DNA of 64,000 nt from a cyanobacterium endosymbiont of Rhopalodia gibba (GCA_045159875.1 CP067995.1:2848001-2912000), one strand, 5' to 3'; positions 12,035 to 23,596 are shown, counted from the first letter of the stretch. The notes: generated by a model not told the origin, from the letters alone. Numbers and translations: made by a program.

Positions 12035-12560
12035 TTATAATACTCTTTTTTTTTCAAGAAACTTACGGACTTGATTGTGAGTATAAAATAAACGAGACTT
12101 TACGGTTCCTACAGGTAACTTCAAAATATTTATAACCTCTTTTTGGGATACACTGTCTAAGTGATGTAATACTAAAGCAAGATAATGTTTTAATCTGAAG
12201 GTTTGTAATCATTGTTAAGCTAAATCTCAAGAATGCATCCGCATTAAGTCAGAAGTATCTGATGACAGAGAAAGGGTCATATTTAAGATTGCGCTATCTT
12301 TAGTTAAAGAGAGACTTTAAGCTAACTTCCGTCTTTTATCAGTAGCTACGTTCCAGGTAATTCCGTACAGCTAAGTAGAAAAATCATTGAAGTTTCGTAG
12401 TCGAGGTAATGCTTTCCAAACTCGGAGAAAGACTTTCTGTACTATGTCTTTGTCTTTTGTATAAGCTTGGTTGTTTGCCAACATGATTGTGCTTTACTTC
12501 ACCAGTCAATTCACTTGTTTAGACTGAGAAGTTATTTGACAGTTTAATCAATGACGAAGA
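12035..12560 (-). pseudogene. sigH: ECF sigma factor (SigH-like) pseudogene
   Basis: reads IVQKVFLRVWKALPRLR..FST*LYGITWNVATDKRRKLA and LVLHHLDSVSQKEVINILKLPVGTVKSRLFY...RKFLEK (regions 2 and 4); internal stops. Confidence 0.8.
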
Positions 12561-13145
12561 AGAATAAATATCTTGCTAGCTTTTAAAAAGTTGTCATTGA
12601 AATGTCATATCCATGCCATTCTTCATATATCTATCCAATTTATATTGGATAGAAAAAAATGAATAAATAGGGGATAAACTGATGCAAGGAGATCAGTGAA
12701 GAAGTTTTGAACAATACCTTTCTCAAAAAGTCTCTTTTACTTTAACTTGCTGAGAATTTAATTGCGTTTTTATTGACTGTCATGACTGTTCTTTATTAGA
12801 GACTTTTTATAAAAAAATATCAAGTAGAATAGACTTAAGTAATTGTTCTTATTATAAGTATCAACCAATGTTAAATTGCACTGTAATGCAACAAGCCCAA
12901 TTAATCTTAATTGTCTTGGGTCTTTTATTGTATTCTACATCCCCTACTGCCTTACTAAGATTTGTCAAAACGACAGTTTCTTAAAAAAGACTTTCTTCCA
13001 AGAGAATGACTTATTAACATATAAATTTTGAGATTAGTAAAAGAGATATATTGATGGTGTGAGCAGTAAATAATTTAGGAAATTTACCTGTAGTTTTATC
13101 GAAAATTAAATCTTCATTTTACAAGGGAAATATTTAAAATCGTAA

Positions 13146-14276
13146 TTATTGATTAGCTATTAGTAAGCGAGAGGCTAAAAGTCTATCCATCCACATTTCT
13201 AAATAAGCGCGATTTTTTTTTTGTTGTTCAAATTCAATTGAATTTAAAGAATAAGGGGCTAATCCTTTAATAGCAGCTGTGATTACACAAAACATAGATT
13301 TTTGAAAAGTCTGAAAAATTTTTACTAATAAGTCGTCTTCTTGACGAATACTTTTTTGGTAAAATTCGTGAAGATAGTCTGGCAAATAATGTCTCATATC
13401 CTGCATCAATAGAGTAGGTGGAATTCCTGCACATCCTACACAGAGAGGATCAGCGTGTAAAGCCCCATAAGTAAATAAACCTTGTTCTTTGGGAATTTTA
13501 TAAGCTTGAGCGTTGTAAGAAATCGTTCCTAAAAAGGGAGTTCCTCGAAAGAAAATTGATTCTATATAAGGAATTGCTGTGTCAGCCAAAAAAGTTAGCC
13601 CAACAGATTTAGGAATAATATCGTAGCTTTTATTAAAAATAAAAACTTGATAAGCAATCGGTTTATTAGCATCTTTAACTAACCCATCTAAGATATGTTT
13701 AACTACTTGTGAAATTGATTTAATTTCTTCTTTGTCATAACGCTCAGAAAGAGACAAAAATAGATCAGCCATGACTCGCCAAAATTGCCCTAAACCACTA
13801 TAATAGGACATCATTCTTATTTGTTCAGGCAAAAATTCAGGAAAAATCTTATCTAAAGCTAACATTAAAAAGTTATTTTTAAACTTAGCTTTAATAATCT
13901 GTTTGACAGTTTCTTTAAACTCTGGAGTATCTAAGTATCTATCTAGTCCTCCTCCTCCATGCCACATCATAGACTTCACACAATATTCAGCATACTCAAA
14001 ATTAATACGGTCATGACCCCAATGGTCCAATAATTTTTGGAAGGAAACCTCACCATTAAAATATTTAAAAAAAGGAAATATTCTTAGGAATTGATTTTCA
14101 GCAATATAAATTAAATTACGGGAATAAGCATCTAATATCATTCCATAACTCTTTAAAATACCTACCACTTCAAGAACATTGTTAGGCGAGTTTTTGAGAA
14201 GTGCTTTTCCTTGTTCTAAACGATAGATGTACTCAGCAAGAGGATGGCACGAAGGTTTCAGTTGGATAGTAACCAT
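13146..14276 (-). CDS. cupB: CO2 hydration protein CupB (ChpX) of NDH-1(4)
   Basis: 376 aa; HWGHDRINFEYAEYC, MMWHGGGGLD, YYSGLGQFWRVM, GIPPTLLMQDMRHYLP, FQKSMFCV. Confidence 0.9.
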   Translation of the reverse strand: MVTIQLKPSCHPLAEYIYRLEQGKALLKNSPNNVLEVVGILKSYGMILDAYSRNLIYIAENQFLRIFPFFKYFNGEVSFQKLLDHWGHDRINFEYAEYCVKSMMWHGGGGLDRYLDTPEFKETVKQIIKAKFKNNFLMLALDKIFPEFLPEQIRMMSYYSGLGQFWRVMADLFLSLSERYDKEEIKSISQVVKHILDGLVKDANKPIAYQVFIFNKSYDIIPKSVGLTFLADTAIPYIESIFFRGTPFLGTISYNAQAYKIPKEQGLFTYGALHADPLCVGCAGIPPTLLMQDMRHYLPDYLHEFYQKSIRQEDDLLVKIFQTFQKSMFCVITAAIKGLAPYSLNSIEFEQQKKNRAYLEMWMDRLLASRLLIANQ

Positions 14277-14428
14277 AGTATATTTACTGAATTTTTGTTG
14301 ACAGTTTAATTGGATGATTGCAGAAAAGTGATTGCCTTCTGTAGTTTTACATGAAGGGATTTAGATACCCCACTTTGTGTGTTAATTTATCAATACTGAA
14401 TGGTACGCATTGCTATATGATGGAAAAC

Positions 14429-15127
14429 GTGATTTCCAAGCGCCACCATCGATTAAAACAAGTTCTAAAGCGACGGCCACCGAATTTGACCCTCCTGACT
14501 GAGGATGTCCATAAACCTCATAATCTATCTGTAATTATACGCACCTGCGACGCTGTAGGAATCTTTGAAGTTCATAGTGTTAATGTTACGGGAGAATTAC
14601 CCACTTTTTTTCAGGTATCTCAGGGCAGTGAGAAATAAATTTTTCTAAATATTCATCCTGAGCCAAAAACGACAATAAGTTACCTTAAAGACCAACAATT
14701 TCAGATATATGCAGCTCATTTTAGTTCCGAATCCTTAGACTATCGTCATATAGATTAGACTCAACCTAGCGCTATTATTTTGGGAGCAGAAAAATCGGGA
14801 GTGACTGAAGAAGCGGCTTAATTAGCCGACGAACATATTGTTATTCCAATGTTGGGAATGGTGCAATCTCTCAATGTATCTATGGCTACCGCAGTTATGT
14901 TATTTGAAGCGCAACGTCAACGGTTAGCAGCACAAATATATGATAATACTCGCCTAGATTCTGAGATATATAATCAAGTTTTATTTGAATGGAGTTATCC
15001 TGAAATAGCACGAGTTTGCCTCCAACAAGAAAAATCTTATCCCACTTTGGGAGAAAATGGAGAAATAAAAGAAAGCTTTTCTAAGTACTTAGACATCAAC
15101 AAACGATTCTATTTTAAAAACTATTAA
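14429..15127 (+). pseudogene. trmH: tRNA (guanosine-18 2'-O)-methyltransferase pseudogene
   Basis: one continuous frame with VHKPHNLS.I.RTCDAVG, LGAEKSGV and IPMLGMVQSLNVS motifs, broken by in-frame stops at 14636, 14756 and 14819. Confidence 0.92.
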
Positions 15128-15299
15128 GGAGGTAGGTAAACTGTCAACTCATACTGAGAAAGTCAAAAAGTTTTCTAAAAAAATAAGCTTAAACAAAACT
15201 TAAAAATAATGGAGACATCAGTTAGTGTAAATTTTACATTAAGTTTTCATCTGCTTGAATAAGATTTAGATTTTTATATTTAAATTTAACTTAGTCAAT

Positions 15300-15690
15300 T
15301 TCCTTGGTTTTTTGATTTTTAATAAAAAGTCTTCCCACTTTTAAACTATTTTGTTCTGAGCCTGATTCGATAGCAATGATAGAAACTATCGCCTATTCAT
15401 GTTAGAAGATGAACGCAAATCAGCTAATTCATCTTCTTTTATTCTTTACCATCTATTTTTAACTCTTGGGAATAAGAATATAACCACCACTTTTAAAACT
15501 AATCTATTTATTTCTAATAAATTAGATATATTTATTTTTTGATAAATTTGTTGTTTTTTAAATTTCTTCTTTGTATAAGAAAGAAGTGACAGCTTGTCAG
15601 AGATTAAAGCCTAATTTATCTAGATATTTTAAACAGGTTCTTTATAGCTAACTTTATATCAAATTTAAAATCAACAAAAGTCTAAGTACT
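15300..15690 (-). mobile_element. IS630-family transposase remnant
   Basis: minus strand fragments LKYLDKLGFNL*QAV (first catalytic Asp region), YSQELK and W*RIKEDELA. Confidence 0.55.
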
Positions 15691-15899
15691 TTGTCAAGCA
15701 AAATAACACTAAAACTTGAATAAAAATAGATTTTTTATTCATAAAAAACATCACCCAAAAGAATATAAGTTTTATTTATTAAAAGTCATAAAAAACTAGA
15801 TTAAGTTTTTTACCCTCTAGAGTAAATAGCTAAATAAAAAAAAATTTTTCTATATAAAGTAGAATTTAATGATAGGGCTAATTATTTATATAATCTTAG

Positions 15900-16295
15900 A
15901 GAAGTAAAATTATCTAAATAATTAGATTAGTGCTTTAAAAGAGAGAAAATTTTTTGCTCCCTTAACTGTTGACGAGAGTCGTAATGAGGATCTATTTGAA
16001 GTTTAATTATCTAAAGATTTAATTTCTTAGTTAGAACTAGAAAATATCATTATTTTGGAGAATGGCATTAATGCCATTCTTTATAAATGAAAAACCATTA
16101 GAGAAATGCTAGAAAATACTGGATGTGAACTATAGTATCTACCACCTGAATTTTCGGATTTAAACAAAATTTAGAATTGTTAATTTTTTGTGTAAACTTA
16201 GTTCAAATAAATATTTACTAAATTTAAAATAGTTAGAGAATGTGTAGACGCCACTTTCGAAAATTATCCTAAGTTTTTTGCAGCCTACAATATTA
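15900..16295 (+). mobile_element. IS630/Tc1 (ISY100-like) transposase C-terminal remnant
   Basis: ISALK..FFAPLTV....NEDLFEV, IIILEN..NA, IREMLENTGCEL*YLPPEFSDLNKI, RECVDATF. Confidence 0.8.
16059..16080. repeat. 22-bp perfect palindrome inside the IS remnant
   Basis: agaatggcatt|aatgccattct. Confidence 0.9.
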
Positions 16296-16504
16296 ATTTA
16301 CCACCTCTTAAAAGTAATTCCAATCACTAAAATCATGTACAGTCAATCTAAGTATAAGTTTTTTGCTGTTTTTGGAAATTTTTAAGTATAAATCTTAACT
16401 TATAGGGTTATTGATTAAGGTGTTATGCCTTTCCTAAAAATCTTTGTAACGGTTTTTATTTGGATAAATTAAAATTGAAAAGTAAAAAAATATTAGTTGT
16501 ACTA

Positions 16505-16883
16505 AAAAATAAAACCTTACTCAAAAGATATTCTTACTGAAATTATAGTAATTAACAATAAGACTAATTAATTAACACAACAACTAGCAGAATATTTTTA
16601 AGTAAATTAAAGTTTTATTATTCATATTTTTAGAGGCTATGAAGTAATGAAAAGTCTAGAATTATTCCCTTATAGGCAAAGAAAGTTTTCCTTAATTGAG
16701 ACAGAGCAGCTTATAAAAAAAAATAACAATGCTACTCTACAAGAACTAATCACTCACATACACAAAAAAATAAGTTTTACAATTGATAATCGCATCATCT
16801 ATCGTTTGATACACAAAATTTACTTAATCAGAAAAAACTTTATTTTTTATAATATCCAAACTTTTATACCTGACTTTAATTAA
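16505..16883 (+). mobile_element. IS630-family transposase N-terminal remnant
   Basis: KPYSKDI..QLAEYF*VN*SFI...NNNATLQEL...; nucleotide similarity to 37230-37380. Confidence 0.75.
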
Positions 16884-17731
16884 TCAAAATGAAGTTTATT
16901 TTTTATAAAATTGGTATTTTACCATAGCTAATAGGATACAGAAATACTCATGATATAACAATAGCTAAGGACTTATTTTATCATGGATAGTTGCCTGCCA
17001 AATATAATAATAAAATTAGATAATTAATAGAATTTATAGGAAAATAATTAGCATTTTTATTCCTTCTTTTTAATAATTTTTGCTATATAAAAAAATAAAG
17101 AATATTGAGAAATTCAAGGATTTCCTAGTTATATACACTTCAATAAAACGCTTTATTTAGTAACCTATAAAGACATGATTGGTTCGTTTGTCCACCGCGG
17201 GGAGAAGATTGATCTTCTCTTAGGCTTAACTTTCTTACTACTGCTTAATTAAATATTTTTTAATTTCTATTAAATGTAGAAATATAGAAATGCCTGTTGT
17301 TAGTGTTATTTTCGAATAGCCCGCGTACCTTTAGGAGAGTATTTAATACCGGTAGCTAGGAATATTGTTATCACCCCCAATATGAACTTAAAAATGGAAG
17401 TTACTGGAAAACTAAGACTCCTTGAAATAGATAGCAGTTAGAAATGTTCGTGTTAAGGTTAAACTGGTTTTAAAATTTAAGTAAGACAATTGGTTGTTGA
17501 GAATCTCAAAATTACTATTACCCTCCAAATTAGTTTCAAAAATCCCAAATTTTTGAGATCAAATTTTTATGATAATTATGTAGTTATTATTAAGTAGGCT
17601 GTTATTGAAATTAGAACTCAATGTTAATTATAATTAAGTCATGTGATTTCTTTAATTCTGTTTCTTATTCACGATTCTCAAATACAAAAAAATCAGATGT
17701 TTCACAAGTAGTAAATATAAAAACTACTATG

Positions 17732-19996
17732 CTAGTTAATTATAATAAAAGGTTGAGTTACATTTTTTTCTAAAACTTTACCGATAATACAGCTATCTTT
17801 AAATCCTGACTTAATAAGATTTAATAAACAATTATCAGCTTTATCTGAAGGAATTGAGGCAAGCAGTCCCCCAGAAGTTTGAGGATCAAATAGTAGGGGA
17901 AATTTATTTCTATGTTTAACTTCTTCTCGATTAAGAATATAATTACTTGCCTGTAAATTTTGAAGGTATAAAGAGCTAGTAATTCCCTGTTTTGTTGTTT
18001 GCATTGCTCCTTCCAAGAGGACAATATCTTCTAAGTCTAAACTAGCCGATATGTTAGAAGCTTTAACCATCTCTACTAAATGTCCTAGTAATCCAAATCC
18101 AGTAACATCTGTACACGCTGTAGCTTCAAATTCTAAGAAAATCTTTGCTGCTTGTTGGTTCGATAGTAACATGGATTTGACAGCATTATCAATCCATCTT
18201 CCTTTAGCTTGATAATTCATATCAGCTGCAAATAAAGTGCCCGTTCCAATTCCTTTAGTTAAAATCAGTTTATCTCCTGAATTCATCCCACTTTTCTTTA
18301 AAAGATTATCTAAAGAAATAAAGCCATTACAGGATAATCCTAATGCTAGTTCTGAGGATTCTATCGTATGACCACCAATTAAAGAAACCCGAGATTGATT
18401 TAAAATTTTAATAACTCCAGAAAGCAATTGATATAGGGTTTCTTCTAGTTTTTTTTCTAACCCATAAGGAAGGGTAACGATTGCTAAAACACTATGAGGA
18501 GTTGCGCCCATGGCGAAAATATCACTTAGACAATGATGAGCAGTAATTTGTCCAAATATAAAGGGATCGTTAATTAAACTTGGGAAAAAATCGATAGTTT
18601 GCACTAATAGATTTTGATTTTTTACAATTATTATTGCTGCATCATCAGGATTATTTAGTCCAACTAAAATATCGTTATTTTGCTTAATTTCTAAACGCTC
18701 TAAAACTTTTTCTAAAATAGAATTTCCAACTTTTGATCCACAGCCAGCACAAGGCATTAAATTATTTGTTCTTAAATTTAAACTATCAATGGTAATGAGT
18801 TGATTTTTATTCATTGAAGGAATTTTTTTAAATTGCTGCATAAATTGTCGATCAATATAATCCTTCCAATGCCATAAAATAGAAGATTCCCAGCCCAAAT
18901 AACCCCAAGAGGCTATCGCTCTTTTGTCTCCTGTTCCAATTAGACTTAAAAAATACTTTTGAGGTTGATAGGATATTAAAGGTTTTTCTAAAATAATTTT
19001 CTGTAAGTTTTTAAATAAAGGCTTTCCTTGTCGAACGGCAAAAACCCCCGCTTTGGGATAGGAAGTATCTTGAATTGTAGCAATATCGCCGGCTGCAAAA
19101 ATATTGGTATGGGAAATAGATTGTAAGTTATTGTTAACTAAGATAAATCCTCTATTATCAGTTTTTAATCCACAATCTTTTATCCAACTAGGTGCTGATG
19201 CTTGAGTTACCCAGAAAACAAAATCACAGTCAACAGCTAAACCTGTATCACAATAAACTTGATAACTATTAGAATTATTGGATGTTACTTTTATTACCCT
19301 CTCCTTGAGAAATAGTTGTATTTTTCTTTTTTCTAATACATTTTTTGATCTCTTACTAACCCAATAATTATGACTGCTTAGTAAGGTTTCTCCTCGATGA
19401 AATAGATTAATTTTTATATTAGATAAAGGCTGGTTAGATTTTTGTAAAATTCCAGTTAAACGGCTGTGTATATTTAAAGCTAATTCAACCCCTCCTGCGC
19501 CGCCACCAACAATACTTATAGAATATTGTTGGTGAGGATCATTAATAACCATTTCAATTAATGCATTCCAAACTGTTAAAAATCTGGAAATAGGTTTAGC
19601 AGTAATCGCATATTGAGAAGCGCCAGGAATATTAACCGTTTCTGGAGTACTTCCAATATCAATAGATAAGTAATCAAAGTCTACTGGAGGATAATTAGCG
19701 CAAATTACTTTGTTATTAATTAGATCTAAATTAATCGCTTTATCAAGATAAAGTTGAGCTTGAGAAAATCGAGCAAGACGACGCAGATCAATATGAGTTT
19801 CATCAAAACTGTAAAAACCAGCTATATGACCTGGTAACATTCCTGAGTAGGGGGTGTGGGAAGTATCTGTAATTAAAGTGAGTCGTACTCCAGGAATTGG
19901 ATTCATTCCCCATAATTTTAGTGTTATTGCATGGCTGTGCCCCCCCCCAATTAGTACTAAATCATGGATAATTGGACTCGGTTTTGATTGCATCAT
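17732..19996 (-). CDS. selD: selenide, water dikinase SelD fused to an N-terminal FAD-dependent pyridine nucleotide-disulfide oxidoreductase domain
   Basis: LIGGGHSH, YSGMLPG, VGGGAGGVE, FAAGD, PKAGVFAVRQG; then CAGCGSKV, DDAA, QTIDFF, SDIFAMG, GGHT, TDVTGFGLLGH, DPQTSGGLL. Confidence 0.95.
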   Translation of the reverse strand: MMQSKPSPIIHDLVLIGGGHSHAITLKLWGMNPIPGVRLTLITDTSHTPYSGMLPGHIAGFYSFDETHIDLRRLARFSQAQLYLDKAINLDLINNKVICANYPPVDFDYLSIDIGSTPETVNIPGASQYAITAKPISRFLTVWNALIEMVINDPHQQYSISIVGGGAGGVELALNIHSRLTGILQKSNQPLSNIKINLFHRGETLLSSHNYWVSKRSKNVLEKRKIQLFLKERVIKVTSNNSNSYQVYCDTGLAVDCDFVFWVTQASAPSWIKDCGLKTDNRGFILVNNNLQSISHTNIFAAGDIATIQDTSYPKAGVFAVRQGKPLFKNLQKIILEKPLISYQPQKYFLSLIGTGDKRAIASWGYLGWESSILWHWKDYIDRQFMQQFKKIPSMNKNQLITIDSLNLRTNNLMPCAGCGSKVGNSILEKVLERLEIKQNNDILVGLNNPDDAAIIIVKNQNLLVQTIDFFPSLINDPFIFGQITAHHCLSDIFAMGATPHSVLAIVTLPYGLEKKLEETLYQLLSGVIKILNQSRVSLIGGHTIESSELALGLSCNGFISLDNLLKKSGMNSGDKLILTKGIGTGTLFAADMNYQAKGRWIDNAVKSMLLSNQQAAKIFLEFEATACTDVTGFGLLGHLVEMVKASNISASLDLEDIVLLEGAMQTTKQGITSSLYLQNLQASNYILNREEVKHRNKFPLLFDPQTSGGLLASIPSDKADNCLLNLIKSGFKDSCIIGKVLEKNVTQPFIIIN

Positions 19997-20110
19997 TCTG
20001 TTTTATACAAAAATAATCTACAGAAAAATTTTATTGGCTATAGTTATCTAACTTATCTTAATTTATCTCATTTTTTGTCTAAAAAACAATACCTAATATT
20101 TATTATATAC

Positions 20111-21064
20111 TAAGTATATAAGCACAAATAAGTCTAAAATAAAAACGTAGTTTAAAAGAAACAATGACTAGATACTAGCCTGTCTAAAATTTAGCTAACA
20201 TAATTAGAAGAGTAAAAACTCTCAAAGTATACTCACGACCTCAAAATTTCTTTCAGAATCAGAACAAAAACAGAAATTTTATGTTTAAATCTAAGAAAAT
20301 AAAAAATAAAAAAAATCTTAGATTGAGCAAAACCATAAGAAGAACAGTTTCTGGACAGATGATTCAAGGAGAGAACTAATTATAGTTATCTTCAAAAAGT
20401 AAAAAAAATAACTTGTAACTAAGAAAATATAAAATTTTTTAAAAAGTACTTAAAAAAAGATAAAATAACTTATGAGAGCTAATGATTATCGAGATTTTTT
20501 TTAAAAAAAAGAGAAGTATAATTTACTTACAGTAAAATCTATATATTTTGAATAAAATAGCTGAAAATAGAGATAGATGAAATTCATCATACAGAATGTA
20601 TAAAGTTATTTGACATAGTAATTATAGAAAAATGACTAAATATGATAATAACATATGAACTGAATAAAAGTTTTAATTATATTTAAAGCAGTAAGTCGCT
20701 TAAAAAATTTAGATAAAGACGTGGATAAAGTTTAAAAAATTGGTAAAAATGAAGGAATAAATAAGGTAATTATTCTTGATTCTGATTCAAGATATATAAA
20801 TAGTTTACTTAAGAAGAAACTGAAAAAATGAGAAGAAAAAATATTTCATTTATTTTTTTACCAACTTCTACTATAAGAAGTTAATTTAATAAAAGGAAAA
20901 CGGACTACATTAAAAAAAAATTAAATCAATGGAAGAATGTTTAAAGATAAATACGATTTAGCTGAGATAGTCAAATAAGATGACATGAGTTAAACTTTAA
21001 TCACTTAAATATGGAAATACAAGATTGTTTGTTTTTTTATCGTTCATCTAAAGCTACCTATTTA
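20111..21064 (+). mobile_element. near full-length degraded IS630-family element
   Basis: 5' part similar to 10908-11180; C-terminal fragments VIILDS, LFFLPT, INGRMFKDKYDLAEIV; ends ...gctacctattta. Confidence 0.75.
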
Positions 21065-21081
21065 GGTAGCTTTAGATGAAC
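21042..21081. repeat. perfect inverted repeat, 19-bp arms, 2-nt spacer, at the IS right end
   Basis: gttcatctaaagctaccta-tt-taggtagctttagatgaac. Confidence 0.95.
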
Positions 21082-21154
21082 ATTATTATACTAGTGAATT
21101 ATGTCTTACACCTAAATTATATAATTCTTAAAAAGATTTTGAAAGAATTAGTGA

Positions 21155-21613
21155 CTATAAAATAGATTTTAATTTAATTTGAATATTGATGTTTTTTCCA
21201 ACTACCAGAATAGCCGATTCACCAAATTTAGGAGGACCGCTCTTAATTATTGGATTGCTAGAAAATCCAAATTTTTCTGTAGGAATTCCTAGAAAATTAC
21301 GATTTAGTTCACCATCTTCGTTATGGTCTAAAAAAACTGCCACAGCATAGGTTTTTGGAGGTAAATTATTGAATGTTACCCGCATAGGATTATCGGTGAT
21401 TTTGACACATTCACTTTCAACTGCATATTTCTTACTGTCTGGAAAACCTCTACTGCTTGAAAATAGACTTAAACAAAGCTGTCCTCGATGTTCTCCCAAC
21501 CCAGAAATTTCAATTGTGAGCTCGCTCATTAAATTGGCATTTACAGAGCTAGAAATACCTAATATTCCCACCAAATATACTAAGCTAGCACTTATTTGAG
21601 ATCTATACTTCAT
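21155..21613 (-). CDS. DUF2141 domain secreted protein
   Basis: signal peptide; G.LCLSLF...GFP, F.NL...YAVAVF.D.N.DG.LN.NFLGIPTE.FGFS.N. Confidence 0.88.
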   Translation of the reverse strand: MKYRSQISASLVYLVGILGISSSVNANLMSELTIEISGLGEHRGQLCLSLFSSSRGFPDSKKYAVESECVKITDNPMRVTFNNLPPKTYAVAVFLDHNEDGELNRNFLGIPTEKFGFSSNPIIKSGPPKFGESAILVVGKNINIQIKLKSIL

Positions 21614-22099
21614 TAGAGTTTCCTATAAAAAAAATATTTAGTATCAATATAATCGTTATTTGTGTCCTTCCAAAGTGGTCGTTTAAGAGAGTGATTTTAT
21701 TACTAGGTTTTATCTTGACTTTAGCATCAATGCTCTCTCAGTCAACACTTCACTAAATATAATATTCTTGTCAAGATTATTAAGTTTTTATTGAATCAGA
21801 ATAATTTTTCTATTACTAGAGTTAAAAAATCTAGTCATTCATTTTTATTAACAGAGTATTATTTTCAATAATATAATTGCTTTTACTGATTTAATAAAGA
21901 TTAACTCAAAAATCTAACTTAATCTTTCAACTAATTTAATTAAAACATATAATGCGCTTTTAGTAAAATTTATAAAAGTTTGAAAAAAAATTAATAATTA
22001 AGTCAGCTAATCGCTAATCATCTTAGCATTCTTCTTAAAATTAGAGATAACCAACATTCAACTTTATTTAAAAATATATGAAAGAAAACTTTCGGGAGT

Positions 22100-22780
22100 C
22101 TTGCCATGTTTCGACCCCAAAAGCTTTTGTCTTTCATTCTTACTCCTCACACATATCTGTCTTGACACAAGTTTTTCCTCAAAGTTCCTATAAAAGTGAC
22201 AGTTTTTTGATTATTACTGTTTAACAGATAACGTTCATAACAGAAACCTTACTTTGACGACCACATTTAGGCATAATTAAATTTTGCCTTTTTAAGCAGA
22301 ACATAAAACTTATCAATCTGTTGATAATCGATGCTCCATTCTGATGTCATAACTGAGATCTGGCAATATAAATCTATAATTTGAAATATAATAACATCCA
22401 TGATACATGCACTAAATCAACTATAATATCGACGATTATCACAATTACAGCCTTAAAGCCTTAAAAAAGGAGAGGTCGATGCTGATCGCAATCGTTCTGC
22501 CCTAATTTAGTCACGGGAGTATAAACTTCTCTTTTATCTAATTTACCAAGCCAGCTTAATCAATATTATCCGTAAATATCTTCATGTTATTAGTCATTGA
22601 GAAGAGAACTAGTCCAGAACCAAAAGAATTCAAAAATCTTGCTGATGGTTATAATGTCTTGTACTTTGTCCACAAATTATAACCATCTCGATTCATCTGT
22701 CACCTTCAAAGCTGTTGAACGGTTACAACTCCTTAATACTAATCTTGAAATTTTACTTGCTAAAGTTAATGTTTGAATTA
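22100..22780 (+). pseudogene. unidentified pseudogene
   Basis: GC-richer than flanks; protein-like fragments LKALKKGEVDADRNRSAL and TFKAVERLQLLNTNLEILL with stops. Confidence 0.4.
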
Positions 22781-23596
22781 AAAATGGAAGAAGAGCAAAA
22801 GAATTTTAGAAGATGCTTAATTTATCCCATTTAAAACTAATATTTTTCTCATAGTGACTTTTTAACTAGCTTCTCAACAAGAAGTGCTCATAAAAAACTA
22901 TCCCAACTCTTATTTTAAAATTTGCTTAATTAGCTTATAAGACGGTAGCATAAAATATTGTGCCTTAGCTCGGTCTTATTCTAACCCAAATTAGGTTGAT
23001 TTTTAGCGTTGTAGATCTTAGCTGAGTACCTAACCTGAGAATTGTAAAGAAAAAGGTCCAGTTGATTAACTGAAAAATTTTAACATTGAACTTAACTTAA
23101 AAATTGTGGCTTTTCTAGCCTAGCTGTAACAGAATTACAATAAAGCATGAGTTCGACAAAATCAAAAAACACTGTCGTTATTCTTAATACATTCAGTTCA
23201 AATCTGACGAAGTTGACGATTTATTATCTGAAATAATAACCGCAAACGATCAAGACCACAATAATTGTTATGAAACAGTGGTAAGCAGGATTAACCTATT
23301 TTTTACTCTAAATTAAGATGAAATTTTTGGGGTAAATAGACGTAAGCAATCAGTGGACTAAAGAGTTCAGTTCTTAAGCAAGATATTCTCGGGCTCAAAA
23401 TAAGTTATCAACTAAATTCTAGATTAATTCAGAAACCAGTTAATAATTATCTATGTAGCTTCGGGGAAACTTAAAAACTTGGGGAACTTCAATGAAAGCT
23501 TGATCAAACTAATTTTCATAATTTTTACTTTAAACATTATCTTTAATGACATAAGCTCTACAGAACGACTATAGCTAATTAGATCAATAAATACCT

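Noticed and set aside
14636..14821. Stop-codon reassignment or Sec recoding in trmH
   Set aside because: Stops are TAA/TAG, which end intact genes normally in this window.
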